64,000 nt of DNA, from assembly GCA_965208625.1 (NCBI GenBank), contig OZ242348.1, forward strand, positions 1,629,344 through 1,693,343. Direction: 5' to 3'. This DNA comes from Dehalococcoidia bacterium (GTDB taxonomy: Bacteria; Chloroflexota; Dehalococcoidia; Lucifugimonadales; Australimonadaceae). The notes beneath the pieces are model-generated. The model did not search any database, was not told the origin of the DNA, and was given only the letters and a program-made list of their open reading frames with translations. This document shows positions 1 to 10,071 of the stretch, in pieces. The translations under genes and the position numbers were made by a program. How positions within the stretch are numbered: position 1 is the stretch's first letter; every line of letters starts with the position of its first letter.

Positions 1-59
1 GCCAGGTTACTTCAGGATGCATTCGGGAGGGATTCATTCCGCTGGACCTGCGAGGGCTG

Positions 60-1439
60 TTGGCGCCAGCCCTCGCAGGGGATACGCCCGCGAATTCCCT
101 GGCCCTGGGCATGGCCGCGCTCAACGTTTCCGTGGCTTGCATGAACGATGAGGAATGGGAGACCTATGCCCCAAGGCTGGGGATGCAGCCCAGGGATAGG
201 GTAGGGGCTGCCTGCTTGTTCGAGGAGATGGGCGGACCGGCGCAACTGGTGGAAGCCATGCAGGCAGCCAGCCTGGGCAAAACTTCGGAGGAGTTCATTA
301 GGGCCAGCGAAATCTGCGGGCTAGAGTCCTTTCCTCCTCCAAGCGCCAAGCTCACCCCCACGCCAACGCCGACCAGCGCCCCGGCACCCTCCCACTCCAT
401 GCAGCCGCATGTTTTCTTGAGGACCGTGCTGGTTACGGAGGACTGGGTGCCCTTCTCCAAACTGGACGGCTGGGCGGAAGCGGCTCCTCAGAAGGAGAGC
501 GCAACGCTCCGGTACTATGAAGCGGCGATATGGGAGGAGACAGACTCCGTTCACCTCTACGCCTTCCCCAACGACTACGACCCGTACTACGGCGTCTTTG
601 GAGACGTGGCCGAGGACGACGTGATTGCCTACCGGGAGCAGTACGCCCTGAGCGTCCACACGGGAATGCCGGAGGAGTCGTCAGATGAACGCAGCGACTT
701 CCTGCGGAGCGCGTTCGAGGAATTCGCTCAAGTGCTGGTGGAACGCCATCCTGAGGCGGAGCATCACTTCATGTTCAGTGGGCATGGCGGCCCCGGCGGG
801 GACCTCTTCGCAAAGCAGATGACGAACTCCGACGCAGACGCCTTTCTCGCGTCGTGGACCCAGATGCTTGGCAAGCCTCTGGGCGTCATCGACATGGGCG
901 GGCCGTGCAACAAGGGAGGCTACGAGGACTTGGCCAACTTCTGCAAACACGCCCGCTACTACGTGGCGTCCGACCTGCCCAATGGCGGGTACTCGATGGA
1001 CGACTGGACGCCGGAGAAGCACTGGGAGACCAGCGAGGCGAAGCACTACCACCGCATCCTTGCATCGAACGACACCCTGGAAGAGGCGCTCATCGAGCGC
1101 GTCGATCTTCGTAGGAAGCACTACGAATACTCGAGAGCCAACCTGGCGATGGACGAATGGCCCCAGGCAAACTACGTCTACTCTTGCGTTGCATTCAAGG
1201 AATTCAGCGCGGCGTTTGAGGCGTTCCTCGACGAAACGCCCATTCCGTCCCCATTGAATGACTTGTACGAAATGATGCTGGCGTATTCGGTGCCCCCGAG
1301 CCTGCTGGAGAAGTTTCAGCATGTCATCGTGCACGCCGCAGACAACAGGGACTTCTTTGAGTGGAGCTTTGCTGCCAACGGCATGATTACGCCTCTTGAG
1401 CGCATCTATAGCCGGCGGACATCAAGCGAGACCTCCTAA
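60..1439 (+). CDS. Putative clostripain-like (peptidase C11-type) cysteine peptidase
   Basis: 459-aa ORF. Motifs 'FMFSGHGGPGG' and 'IDMGGPCNKGG...YYVASDLPNGG' resemble the His-Gly / Cys dyad context of C11 caspase-fold peptidases. Recognised by eye only. Confidence 0.4.
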   Translation: MAPALAGDTPANSLALGMAALNVSVACMNDEEWETYAPRLGMQPRDRVGAACLFEEMGGPAQLVEAMQAASLGKTSEEFIRASEICGLESFPPPSAKLTPTPTPTSAPAPSHSMQPHVFLRTVLVTEDWVPFSKLDGWAEAAPQKESATLRYYEAAIWEETDSVHLYAFPNDYDPYYGVFGDVAEDDVIAYREQYALSVHTGMPEESSDERSDFLRSAFEEFAQVLVERHPEAEHHFMFSGHGGPGGDLFAKQMTNSDADAFLASWTQMLGKPLGVIDMGGPCNKGGYEDLANFCKHARYYVASDLPNGGYSMDDWTPEKHWETSEAKHYHRILASNDTLEEALIERVDLRRKHYEYSRANLAMDEWPQANYVYSCVAFKEFSAAFEAFLDETPIPSPLNDLYEMMLAYSVPPSLLEKFQHVIVHAADNRDFFEWSFAANGMITPLERIYSRRTSSETS

Positions 1440-1857
1440 CGATAGGCTGGGTGCCTTCTGCAAAGACGAGCCACTGGTCTGGGATACTACGCACGGCTGA
1501 ACAATCAGGGCACCAATGCAACCTGGGCTGCATTGCGGCAGCAGGGATCGGGTGACCACGAGTCAGGAATCGCACTCCCGCATCATCAGTGCGGCCGAGC
1601 CGCCGATGGCGGACTCGCTGTCGTTCAAGTGGAGCAGACAGGCGGTGCGCGACAGTGGGCGGCGACGGGAAGCCAAAGGTGGGAGACATGCTCCTAAGAA
1701 AGACCGCATCACCATCAAGCAGTTGATGACGGTGGAGGCGCAACAGCCCCAGCCCAAGCACAGGAACTGCTACCGGGGGCGGCGCTAGCATGGAGTGCCC
1801 TGCGAACGCTCAGGAGATCCGCCAGTCTCCCTCGTGGACTGACGTAATCCTCGTGTG

Positions 1858-2196
1858 TCAGTCCTTGAGCGCCCGCAGGGCATCCGCCCGGGAATCGTAG
1901 AGCTGCACTATCTTGTCGAAACCGCTGATGGCGAACACCTCGCGGAGCGGCCCGGAGACCGAGCAGCCCACCAGATTGGTGTTCTGCTTCTGGAGCAACC
2001 TACCCACCACGAGGAAGACCCGAAGACCGGCGCTTGCTATGAACTGCACCCCGCCCATGTCCACGATGACGGCCTGGTCGCTCGGCTGGATCGCGCCCTC
2101 CATTGCCGCTTGAAACTCCGCGGCATGGGCCCCATCCAAGCGCCCCTCCACGCCCACGATCAGATGTACGCCCTGCCGTGCAATCGTGATGTCCAC
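1858..2196 (-). CDS. STAS-domain anti-sigma-factor antagonist (SpoIIAA-like)
   Basis: 112 aa. 'GRLDGAHAAEFQAAM...VIVDMGGVQFIASAGLRVFL...GFDKI' is the typical STAS/SpoIIAA pattern. Confidence 0.8.
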   Translation of the reverse strand: MDITIARQGVHLIVGVEGRLDGAHAAEFQAAMEGAIQPSDQAVIVDMGGVQFIASAGLRVFLVVGRLLQKQNTNLVGCSVSGPLREVFAISGFDKIVQLYDSRADALRALKD

Positions 2197-2810
2197 CTAT
2201 TCACCTCGCGCTCTCGCTGCCGTTCAACCAGCCTCCAGGGAGGCTCATGCGCACAACCCTACCAGAGACCCTCCGGCCCTTGCGAGACGCCCCTACTCCG
2301 CTGAGAGCTTCATCCACGTCCAGTGCCCGCACCTCACTTCGTGCAGCATGCGCATCTCCCCTTCAATCGGACTCATCCTCTAACTCGCCGTCGACCCGAG
2401 AACACGTCATTAGGGCTCCACCCCGTCCACACCACGGCTCATCCGGCATCGCTACTGTGTTCGGCACGAGGTCTGAAGAGCCCGAAGACTTGGGAGGCGA
2501 GGTGGGGCTGGGGAGTGGGTGTCGCACGGGTATCTGGCTCTGGAGTTGGCCCCAGGGTGTCGTTGTGCCTAGGGGAAGAGGAGGTTCGAATGCAACGGCG
2601 GAAGTGGCCTATCGCTCATCGCGGCGTTCAGAGTGAAAACCGTTCACGCAGTGCGCGTAGTTCCTCATGCATCAGGCAGCACAACGAGCACGGCGAGGGC
2701 GCGCGGACAACAGAGAGCACCACCGCTGGAAGTCACGGGCGGGAAACTCCTCGGTGTTCACGCTCCAGATGAGTTCTCCGGTAGCATCGTCAAGAGCGTA
2801 GAAGAACAGA

Positions 2811-3023
2811 GATAAGCCCCCGGATACCTCTCCATGCTAATCAACGCGGGGCGAGCCCCCTCCGGTCGCATCCGAGAGCGGATGCAGAAAGCCCTCGGAG
2901 TAGACGACTTCAATGACCTCTTCAGACTGGAGGATAGCGATGACGCAACCTGACGTTGCATCTCGTCTCGACGGGAGTCCCAAGTACCGCACGACCACGG
3001 AGCACCGCCTGCTTCACGGGTAA
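2811..3023 (+). pseudogene. Remnant of the XRE-HTH / second-HTH gene pair of an ICE-like element (homologous to 43401-43600)
   Basis: Nucleotide and protein similarity to the 3' end of CDS 43260-43541 ('LINAGRAPSGRIRERMQKALGVDDFNDLFRLEDSDD' vs 'LVNAGRAPSGRIRRRMQEALGVDDFNELFKLEDGDA'). An overlapping 27-aa stub (2940-3023) resembles the N-terminus of CDS 43522-43824. Homology starts abruptly at about 2811. Confidence 0.6.
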
Positions 3024-3485
3024 CCGGCGCCCTGGCGCTCGTCCCGTCCGTCCTCGGCGGCGGCCCACTCCCACCATGAAACGAGGGGCCAGCGGCCACA
3101 CGCAAGCCGCTGCGACTGTGAAACATGGGAGACAAGAGCGAGAAGAGAAAACGAAAGAGAGCCGCCGGGGGAGAAAGCTCAGACGACTCCCTGGACGCGC
3201 TGTTTGCATCCTACACCCCCAAGTAGCGTGAGAAAGTGCTGAACGGCCTGCAAGTCCTGGCCCGCGTCGCCATCCGTTCCTTCATGGAATTAGAGGCGGG
3301 CCAGTCTCGGGCCGAGGAACGACGGAGACTCGGGGGTGCAAGACTGCCTCGACAACGAGTGCTAGCAACAGCGTGGCGTCTGAGGCCGTGGCGATGCGGC
3401 ACGGGAGAAGATACTCCGCCCGCCAAGGGGGGACGAAGACGACCATCGCCCAAGCATGGGCGGGGAAACTCTTCGGCAGTACCGG

Positions 3486-4217
3486 CTAGAAGGTCGAAGC
3501 GTCCTCGCCCACCCACTTGTGGATGAGTTCGTTCAAGGAACCGTCGGACTTCATCTCGGCCAGGGCAGAGTTCAGCTTCGCCAGCAGGTCGTTGTTGTTG
3601 CGAACACCTATCCCTATGCCCCGGTCCAGCAGCACGGAGGGGCCGACGACGGCCAGACGCCCCTCGTACTCCGAGAGTTTCTCCGTGGCGTAGGCGTGGT
3701 CCACCAGCATCGCGTCGATGTCACCGCTCAGCAGTGCCGCCAGACGGTCGTCCTCGTCGCTGAACTCTGTGTACGGGATATCCCGTTCCGTGAAGTAGTC
3801 CGAGTAGATGGTGTTGGCATAGGCTCCGAGCCGCCCCTCAACCGCCTCGTCGCCTGCGCCCGCCACCGCCAGGTAGACCGACGGCGTGGGAGGGTAGTAG
3901 GGCTCGGTGAAGTCGATGGTCATGTCTCGCTTGCCGGTGATGCTCATGCCGGCAATGATGGCGTCGAACTCCCCCGCCACTAGGTCCGGGATCATGCTCT
4001 CCCAGTCGTTCACCACCCACTCGCACGCAAGCTCGGCCCTGCGGCACAGATCGTCTCCGAGTTCACGTTCCAACCCGTCAATCTCGCCGTCGTCGTTGAT
4101 GAAGTTGAAGGGATGGTAATCGCCCTCCGTGGCCAGCAGCACCGGCTCCGTGTCGTTACTGCACGCGAGTGACGTAGCCGCCAGCAATGCGACCATGACC
4201 GGCAATAGTATTTTCAC
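3486..4217 (-). CDS. Polar amino-acid ABC transporter substrate-binding lipoprotein (SBP family 3)
   Basis: 'ATEGDYHPFNF...DGLERELGDDLCRR...WESMIPDLVAGEFDAIIAGMSITGKR' is a typical family-3 SBP. GTG start at 4217 gives the lipobox-like signal 'VKILLPVMVALLAATSLACS'. The longer 341-aa ORF N-terminus looks non-coding. Confidence 0.8.
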   Translation of the reverse strand: MKILLPVMVALLAATSLACSNDTEPVLLATEGDYHPFNFINDDGEIDGLERELGDDLCRRAELACEWVVNDWESMIPDLVAGEFDAIIAGMSITGKRDMTIDFTEPYYPPTPSVYLAVAGAGDEAVEGRLGAYANTIYSDYFTERDIPYTEFSDEDDRLAALLSGDIDAMLVDHAYATEKLSEYEGRLAVVGPSVLLDRGIGIGVRNNNDLLAKLNSALAEMKSDGSLNELIHKWVGEDASTF

Positions 4218-4607
4218 GGAAACTGCCTGAAAGTCCCCATAGCAAGGAGCCTCATCGTCGAAGTATCTCACTCTGATTTTACCCTGCTTAGACCGCCCGA
4301 AACAAGGGCGAGACCCATAACGGAGGCTCCCCGATTTCGTCATGATAAGAGTAAGACTGAGCACTATCCAGACAGACAAAAAGAGAGAGGCCATCCCCAG
4401 GACCACCGAGACCATCACGTTCTCGTTGCGCCCGGAGTTGGCCCAACAGGTCCGGCAGGTAGTACGGGAGGAGTAGCGCACCGCGAGCGAACTGCTCCGG
4501 GAGGCCTCCACCTCTACATGGAGGAACGGGAGTGGCGCATCAGGGAACGGACGGAGCGACGGCCCTTCGGGTCAGGCCGAACAGGATTGAACAAGGAAGA
4601 CATAGAG

Positions 4608-4796
4608 ATGAGTGAACGACACGACTACATCCCCGTGGTCCTGTACGCCAGGGTCTCCAGCGACCGTCAGGACGTGGACCTGTCCTTGGCAGCCCAGTTG
4701 CGGGCGCTCCGGGACTATGCCGAGAAGGACGGCTACTCCGTCGCAAGGGAGTACGTGGACGAGGCCGAGAGCGAACGTGTCGCAGACCGCCCCACC
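4608..4796 (+). pseudogene. Serine recombinase N-terminal fragment (about residues 1-62)
   Basis: 'MSERHDYIPVVLYARVSSDRQDVDLSLAAQLRALRDYAEKDGYSVAREYVDEAESERVADRP' is a resolvase catalytic-domain N-terminus with the catalytic Ser. Similarity stops at 4796. Confidence 0.7.
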
Positions 4797-4995
4797 GTAG
4801 GGGGCAAGGGTGGGCATCCAGAACCCGCGTGAGGCGGACTCCCGCATCCTGCGCAAGATTCTCCGAGTAGAACTCGTCCACGGACTCGATGATGGCCTCC
4901 ATCAGCTTGCCGGTGGAGGTTTCGTTGGCGTGCAGGACTTGACGGCCTAGACCAGAGCGAGGGGCATGGAACTTCTCGGGGTGGTAGCCGCTGTG
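4797..4995 (-). pseudogene. Serine recombinase internal fragment (frameshifted), convergent with and abutting 4608-4796
   Basis: Minus strand reads 'GRQVLHANETSTGKLMEAIIESVDEFYSENLAQD', then after a frameshift 'MRESASRGFWMPTLAPYG'. These are typical central motifs of large serine recombinases. Confidence 0.6.
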
Positions 4996-5123
4996 TTAGC
5001 GTTCTATGGCTTCTTGTGGGTAATCAGGCAGGTCTGGAAAGAGGGAGGCAACCATGGCGTTGCCCGTGCCGTCAACGCGAACACCACGGGTGAGCAAGCC
5101 CATACGGTAAGTGGCCATAACCG

Positions 5124-7277
5124 ATGCCTCGTATCCCTCGTGCGATTCCAACTGTTCTGGTGGTACTGGTGCCATTGCTGATGGCACTGGCCGCATGCGC
5201 ATCGCCAACCCCGACAGCCACCACCACGGCAACACCTACCCCAACGATGACCCCACTCCGAGGGCCACCCTCGACGATGCCTCCTCCGGTCGGAATGCCC
5301 ACGCCAACTCCTGTGGCCACACTCCACACCGATGACGAATCCGCCGCGCTGCTGCGCACCGCGGCGGAAGTCCGCAGCCGAATCATAACTGCCGTTGTTG
5401 AAGACGGTTGCACATTCGTGCGGACGGAGGGTAGGTACAATTCCTTGCGCACCCTTCCGGACGGGGAGGTGTCAGGAGAGCCTTCCGGCGAGGTGAGGAC
5501 TGTCGTCATCGAGCGCACCGGGAGCAGGAACGTTGAGGTTGTGGCGAGTTCAATCAGCAGTGCCATGGGAAGTGTTGCGATGGGAGGGAAGTTTGACAGC
5601 CCTCTCGATTTCGATGCGTACTTGGATGACGAGGTGGGCGGGGTGACCGTTATGCTGCACGGAGGGGAATACGCCGGGTCGGCGTCATTTCTGGGTCGCT
5701 CCGCCCACCGTTACGAGGCACGCATGGAGCGTCCCGGCGGGGTGGTTGACGGCTCTGCCGAGACGTTGCTCGTCTGGTACTTCGACAGGGCCAACCCGTT
5801 CATCAGGGGAGAGGAGCAGTACTTGCTGCTCCCGGGAGGAATTGAACACTTGGAACGCCAGTGGTACGTGAGCGAGTTCCAGACGGGGACGTGCGCGACG
5901 GACGACGGTGGAGGTGAGGCGGAAGCGATGACACGAGAGATCAGGACGCAAGCTGCGGCGACGCAGGAAGAACTGCTGGCGCAGGTTGAAGCGGGTTGTG
6001 CGCTGGCATTATCCATCGAAGGGCTGCGCGAGGCAGAGGAGGAGACGAGGACGGAGGTGCTGGCGGGAGAGACGGCCATCGGCTTGCTTGAGTGGCTTGC
6101 GGCCCTGGCCGGGGCCGATGAGCACACAGGAGGAGCCGAGCGCCGGCACTTCCCTGAAGGAGTGGTCAACGCCCAGTTCTATGGAGGCGAGACGGAGTTG
6201 TACGGACGACCTGCGGTGCGGTATTCACGGCGTGACTTGCGTGCGACGCCTGAGGGGTTGCGGGACGAACTCACCGTGGGTGAGTACGTGCGGGTCTCGC
6301 CGCTCCTCTTCCGTCTGAAGATCTACGTCCTACTTCATGACGGAGAGCTTCAACACAGAAGAACGTACACCTCCCTTGCCATACGATCGATGGCTTGCCC
6401 CTCGCCCACGCCAACCCCGGCGTCTGAGGAGCCCGCGCAACCTCCTGTGCGCGAACCGATCACCGCCGACGGCTCGGGAGTCGTCTTCCATGTCACGGAT
6501 GCCGCTGCGGAGGGGTTCCGCAAGTCCATGTCCGACGTAGATGTCCATCTCCATGTGTCGGGCACCGGTGGCGGCTTCAGGCGGTTCACTGCCAGCGAGG
6601 TAGACATCGCCAATGCCTCCAGGCCCATCAGGGATTCCGAAGCCCAGACGGCTGTTGCCAATGGCATCGAGTATATCGAGATGCGCATCGGCACCGAAGG
6701 CCTCGCAGTTGTCGCCCACCCGGAGAACGACTTCGTCGACTGTCTCTCCGTGGAGGAACTCAACACCATCTGGGCTTCTGATTCTGCCATCATGAACTGG
6801 AAGGACGTCCGGCAGGGATTCCCCGACCTGGACGTCCGACTCTACGGCCCCGACTCCTTCTCCGGCACATACGACTATTTCATGGAAGAGATCAACGGCG
6901 CTCAGTTGTCTCGCTCAGACTGGACCGCCTCGAACGATGTCAGTGTCCTCGTTCGGGGGATTGCCGGTGATCCGGGTGCTCTCGGCTTCTTTGGATACCC
7001 CTTCTACGAGGAGAACGAGGACACTCTCAAAGCCATCGCCATTGACGCTGGGGAGGGCTGTATCGTTCCTGGCCCCGGCTCCATTGAGGACGGCTCCTAC
7101 AGGCCGCTCGCGCGCCCTCTCTTCATATACGTCAACGTCGCCAGTCTCGAAAGGCCCGAGGTTCTGGCCTTCGTCGAGCACTACATGGACCACGGCTACG
7201 ACCTGGTCGTCGGAGAAGGCTATCTGCCCGTCGCACCCAGCGTTTACGCCGCCAACAAGGCAGCGGCCGGACTCTAA
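5124..7277 (+). CDS. Lipoprotein with a C-terminal PstS-like phosphate-binding domain and a large N-terminal extension
   Basis: Lipobox 'LLMALAACAS'. The C-terminal approx 270 aa ('HVSGTGGGFRRF...DIANASRPI...LSVEELNTIW...GPDSFSGTYDYF') matches the PstS/PBP family. The N-terminal approx 440 aa are unassigned (two LolA-like-looking repeats). Confidence 0.65.
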   Translation: MPRIPRAIPTVLVVLVPLLMALAACASPTPTATTTATPTPTMTPLRGPPSTMPPPVGMPTPTPVATLHTDDESAALLRTAAEVRSRIITAVVEDGCTFVRTEGRYNSLRTLPDGEVSGEPSGEVRTVVIERTGSRNVEVVASSISSAMGSVAMGGKFDSPLDFDAYLDDEVGGVTVMLHGGEYAGSASFLGRSAHRYEARMERPGGVVDGSAETLLVWYFDRANPFIRGEEQYLLLPGGIEHLERQWYVSEFQTGTCATDDGGGEAEAMTREIRTQAAATQEELLAQVEAGCALALSIEGLREAEEETRTEVLAGETAIGLLEWLAALAGADEHTGGAERRHFPEGVVNAQFYGGETELYGRPAVRYSRRDLRATPEGLRDELTVGEYVRVSPLLFRLKIYVLLHDGELQHRRTYTSLAIRSMACPSPTPTPASEEPAQPPVREPITADGSGVVFHVTDAAAEGFRKSMSDVDVHLHVSGTGGGFRRFTASEVDIANASRPIRDSEAQTAVANGIEYIEMRIGTEGLAVVAHPENDFVDCLSVEELNTIWASDSAIMNWKDVRQGFPDLDVRLYGPDSFSGTYDYFMEEINGAQLSRSDWTASNDVSVLVRGIAGDPGALGFFGYPFYEENEDTLKAIAIDAGEGCIVPGPGSIEDGSYRPLARPLFIYVNVASLERPEVLAFVEHYMDHGYDLVVGEGYLPVAPSVYAANKAAAGL

Positions 7278-7390
7278 AGCCGGGACCCGGGCTGGGACGG
7301 ACAGGAACTGGGCTGATCATGCCCGCGTGGTAGCATCGCGGAGACGTTCCTCATTCGAGGTGAAGTATATCTCCCGCACCGGTATGCCTG

Positions 7391-7999
7391 ATGGGGCTGG
7401 CGTTGTTGCTGCTACTGGCGTGCGACAACGATTCCACTCCATCCCCGGCGGCGACACGCATCCCGGCCTTCACAGCCACGCCGACACTTACAGCTCCGCC
7501 GCCGCCCGGAACATCGACCGCTACGCCAACGCCAGAGCCGTCATTGGCGGATCACTGCAACATAGCGCCATCCATGGCGGTGTCTCCTCCGTCTACGCCT
7601 TCTCCTACCCCACGAGTCCTACCGACACGCACCCCGCCGCCGGATTGGGACCCTGCTGCCTTCGAGGTTCTATGGGACGCGCTCACGGGCGCTTCTGCCG
7701 CTGGCGGCGGGTTCGCCTTCGAGGCGGAGATGACGGTCAGCGGGCGGGTGGACGGCGCGCCGGTTCGCTACGAGGCAATCTTGGATGGGGTATCGCAGGA
7801 CGGGCAACCGTACACGAGGTTGAACGTTGCCGCGAACTCGCATGGTCGGGTGAGGATTGAAACGGTGTCGCGGCGATCGGACTCCAGGACCGCGAGGCGT
7901 TGCACCCGGCCTCATGGTCGGGTGAGGATTGAAACAGACGTGGTGATGTCCATCAGACCGGTCTGCCCGGTTGTTGCACCCGGCCTCATGGTCGGGTGA
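7391..7999 (+). pseudogene. Lipoprotein gene whose 3' end runs into the CRISPR array (probably truncated)
   Basis: Lipobox 'LLLLLACDN' and Pro/Thr linker. The ORF has no stop before the first degenerate CRISPR repeat at 7826 and continues as translated repeats. Confidence 0.4.
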
Positions 8000-9872
8000 G
8001 GATTGAAACACGCCTCAACCGGCGTGCAAGGAAGACCAGCAGCACGTTGCACCCGGCCTCATGGTCGGGTGAGGATTGAAACCTCATAAGCAAGAAGCGT
8101 CTCCACAGCCTCGGGGGTTGCACCCGGCCTCATGGTCGGGTGAGGATTGAAACGTCCAGAGCATCGGGTCTGAGTCGGCATTGCCCCTCGTTGCACCCGG
8201 CCTCATGGTCGGGTGAGGATTGAAACTCAGCCTACACGGATGACCCGCGTCAAGGGGCGGGTTGCACCCGGCCTCATGGTCGGGTGAGGATTGAAACCCT
8301 GCGTCCTCGAACACTCCGACGATCGTCCGTTTCGTTGCACCCGGCCTCATGGTCGGGTGAGGATTGAAACCGTAGACCGCCAGCGGCAGCTGGATGCGGA
8401 TGTGCGTTGCACCCGGCCTCATGGTCGGGTGAGGATTGAAACACCGGGCGAACGCCACGGTACTGCCACGAGAGGGAGTTGCACCCGGCCTCATGGTCGG
8501 GTGAGGATTGAAACCTCCGCACCGCGGCGCGCGATCTCCTGCAGCTCAGGTTGCACCCGGCCTCATGGTCGGGTGAGGATTGAAACCAGCGCAGCACCAG
8601 GAGCGTCCCATAGCGGCCCGCGAAGGTTGCACCCGGCCTCATGGTCGGGTGAGGATTGAAACTTCCTTGGCTCCGCTCCTCTGTGGCTTGGTCCCACGTT
8701 GCACCCGGCCTCATGGTCGGGTGAGGATTGAAACACCAGACCGGCGCCGCCTTCGATGGAGGCCGTCTTGTTGCACCCGGCCTCATGGTCGGGTGAGGAT
8801 TGAAACACAGAGCCCGACACCAAGACGGCGCCCGCGACCGCGTTGCACCCGGCCTCATGGTCGGGTGAGGATTGAAACCACTTCGATGTCGGTGATTTGC
8901 ATGCGGGTGACGTTGCACCCGGCCTCATGGTCGGGTGAGGATTGAAACAAGGCACAGGCAGCACGTACGCGATACCGGCAGAGTTGCACCCGGCCTCATG
9001 GTCGGGTGAGGATTGAAACAGGAGAAGTGGGAGTTTCAGATCAAGCAGGCGGAGTTGCACCCGGCCTCATGGTCGGGTGAGGATTGAAACATCGGGACCT
9101 TTAATCCTACCGCCCATACGTAGTTCGTTGCACCCGGCCTCATGGTCGGGTGAGGATTGAAACCTCCTGGTGGGGCCTCGTCGGGTGGGTTGCGTGGTCG
9201 TTGCACCCGGCCTCATGGTCGGGTGAGGATTGAAACCTGACGATCGGCCTCGGCCTATGCGTCCGCGGGTTGTTGCACCCGGCCTCATGGTCGGGTGAGG
9301 ATTGAAACATCGAGAACGCGGAGGTGACCCGATGAGCTACGACGTTGCACCCGGCCTCATGGTCGGGTGAGGATTGAAACCCGTCGTTGTATGTCGGTCA
9401 CGTCGCGACCGAAGGTGGTTGCACCCGGCCTCATGGTCGGGTGAGGATTGAAACAACTTCTACACGGTGGCCGTGGCTATCCCCTCGGCGCGTTGCACCC
9501 GGCCTCATGGTCGGGTGAGGATTGAAACGACCAGACCATCGACTCTATGGGCGTCTGGCGGGAGTTGCACCCGGCCTCATGGTCGGGTGAGGATTGAAAC
9601 CTCTACGAGGGGCAGTGGTATCGCGGGCTGGTGCGCCGTTGCACCCGGCCTCATGGTCGGGTGAGGATTGAAACGGCTCCTCGAGGGTGCCGATGCTCAT
9701 GATGGCGTCGTTGCACCCGGCCTCATGGTCGGGTGAGGATTGAAACCTTGTTGCGCTCGTTGAAGAGCGGTCCCGACCGCATGTTGCACCCGGCCTCATG
9801 GTCGGGTGAGGATTGAAACAGCGATACCGCGAGGTAACGACAACCCGTGAGCGTTGCACCCGGCCTCATGGC
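7826..9872 (+). CRISPR. CRISPR array, 29 repeats / 28 spacers, no cas genes in the window
   Basis: 37-bp repeat GTTGCACCCGGCCTCATGGTCGGGTGAGGATTGAAAC, with an internal 9-bp stem CACCCGGCC/GGTCGGGTG. Repeats 2-28 (7899...9783) look identical by eye. Spacers are 33-39 bp and unique. First repeat (7826-7863) is mutated in its 5' half. Last repeat (9853-9872) is truncated after about 20 nt. Orientation is inferred from the 3' ATTGAAAC tag. Confidence 0.95.
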
Positions 9873-10071
9873 TGCGCGGACTGCGGCACGTGTTCTGTGC
9901 CTTCCCCGGCCCCGTTTGCGCCAAAGGCGCGTACCGCTCCCGCCACCAATGGGGACATATACCCGTGTACTTGCCGATGACAGGTTATGTTGCTGGTCGA
10001 AACAGCATTGTACTCAGCGCGATGAGTCACTATCCTGCCGCTTGGGGAACTCGCTGGGAGCCGTACGTACT

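Noticed and set aside
1440-1857. ORFs 1387-1791(-) and 1516-1788(+) between the peptidase and STAS genes
   Set aside because: Arg-rich, mutually overlapping and without recognisable features. Likely intergenic.
2740-2812. Minus-strand fragment 'LFFYALDDATGELIWSVNTEE' resembling a PQQ/beta-propeller repeat
   Set aside because: It is too short (about 20 aa) and the frame breaks immediately, so it is not listed as a feature. It is mentioned only as a possible disrupted target in the remnant-element finding.
7864-9852. Possible self-targeting of the resident ICE by CRISPR spacers
   Set aside because: I translated the spacers in likely frames and compared them by eye with the ICE proteins, and saw no match. 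This check is weak and needs a real alignment search, so no claim is made.
7670-9859. Many 60-215-aa ORFs on both strands across the array (e.g. 8274-8918, 8563-9060, 8291-8659) with repeating peptides such as 'CTRPHGRVRIET' or 'FNPHPTMRPGAT'
   Set aside because: They are translations of the 37-bp CRISPR repeat in different frames, not genes.
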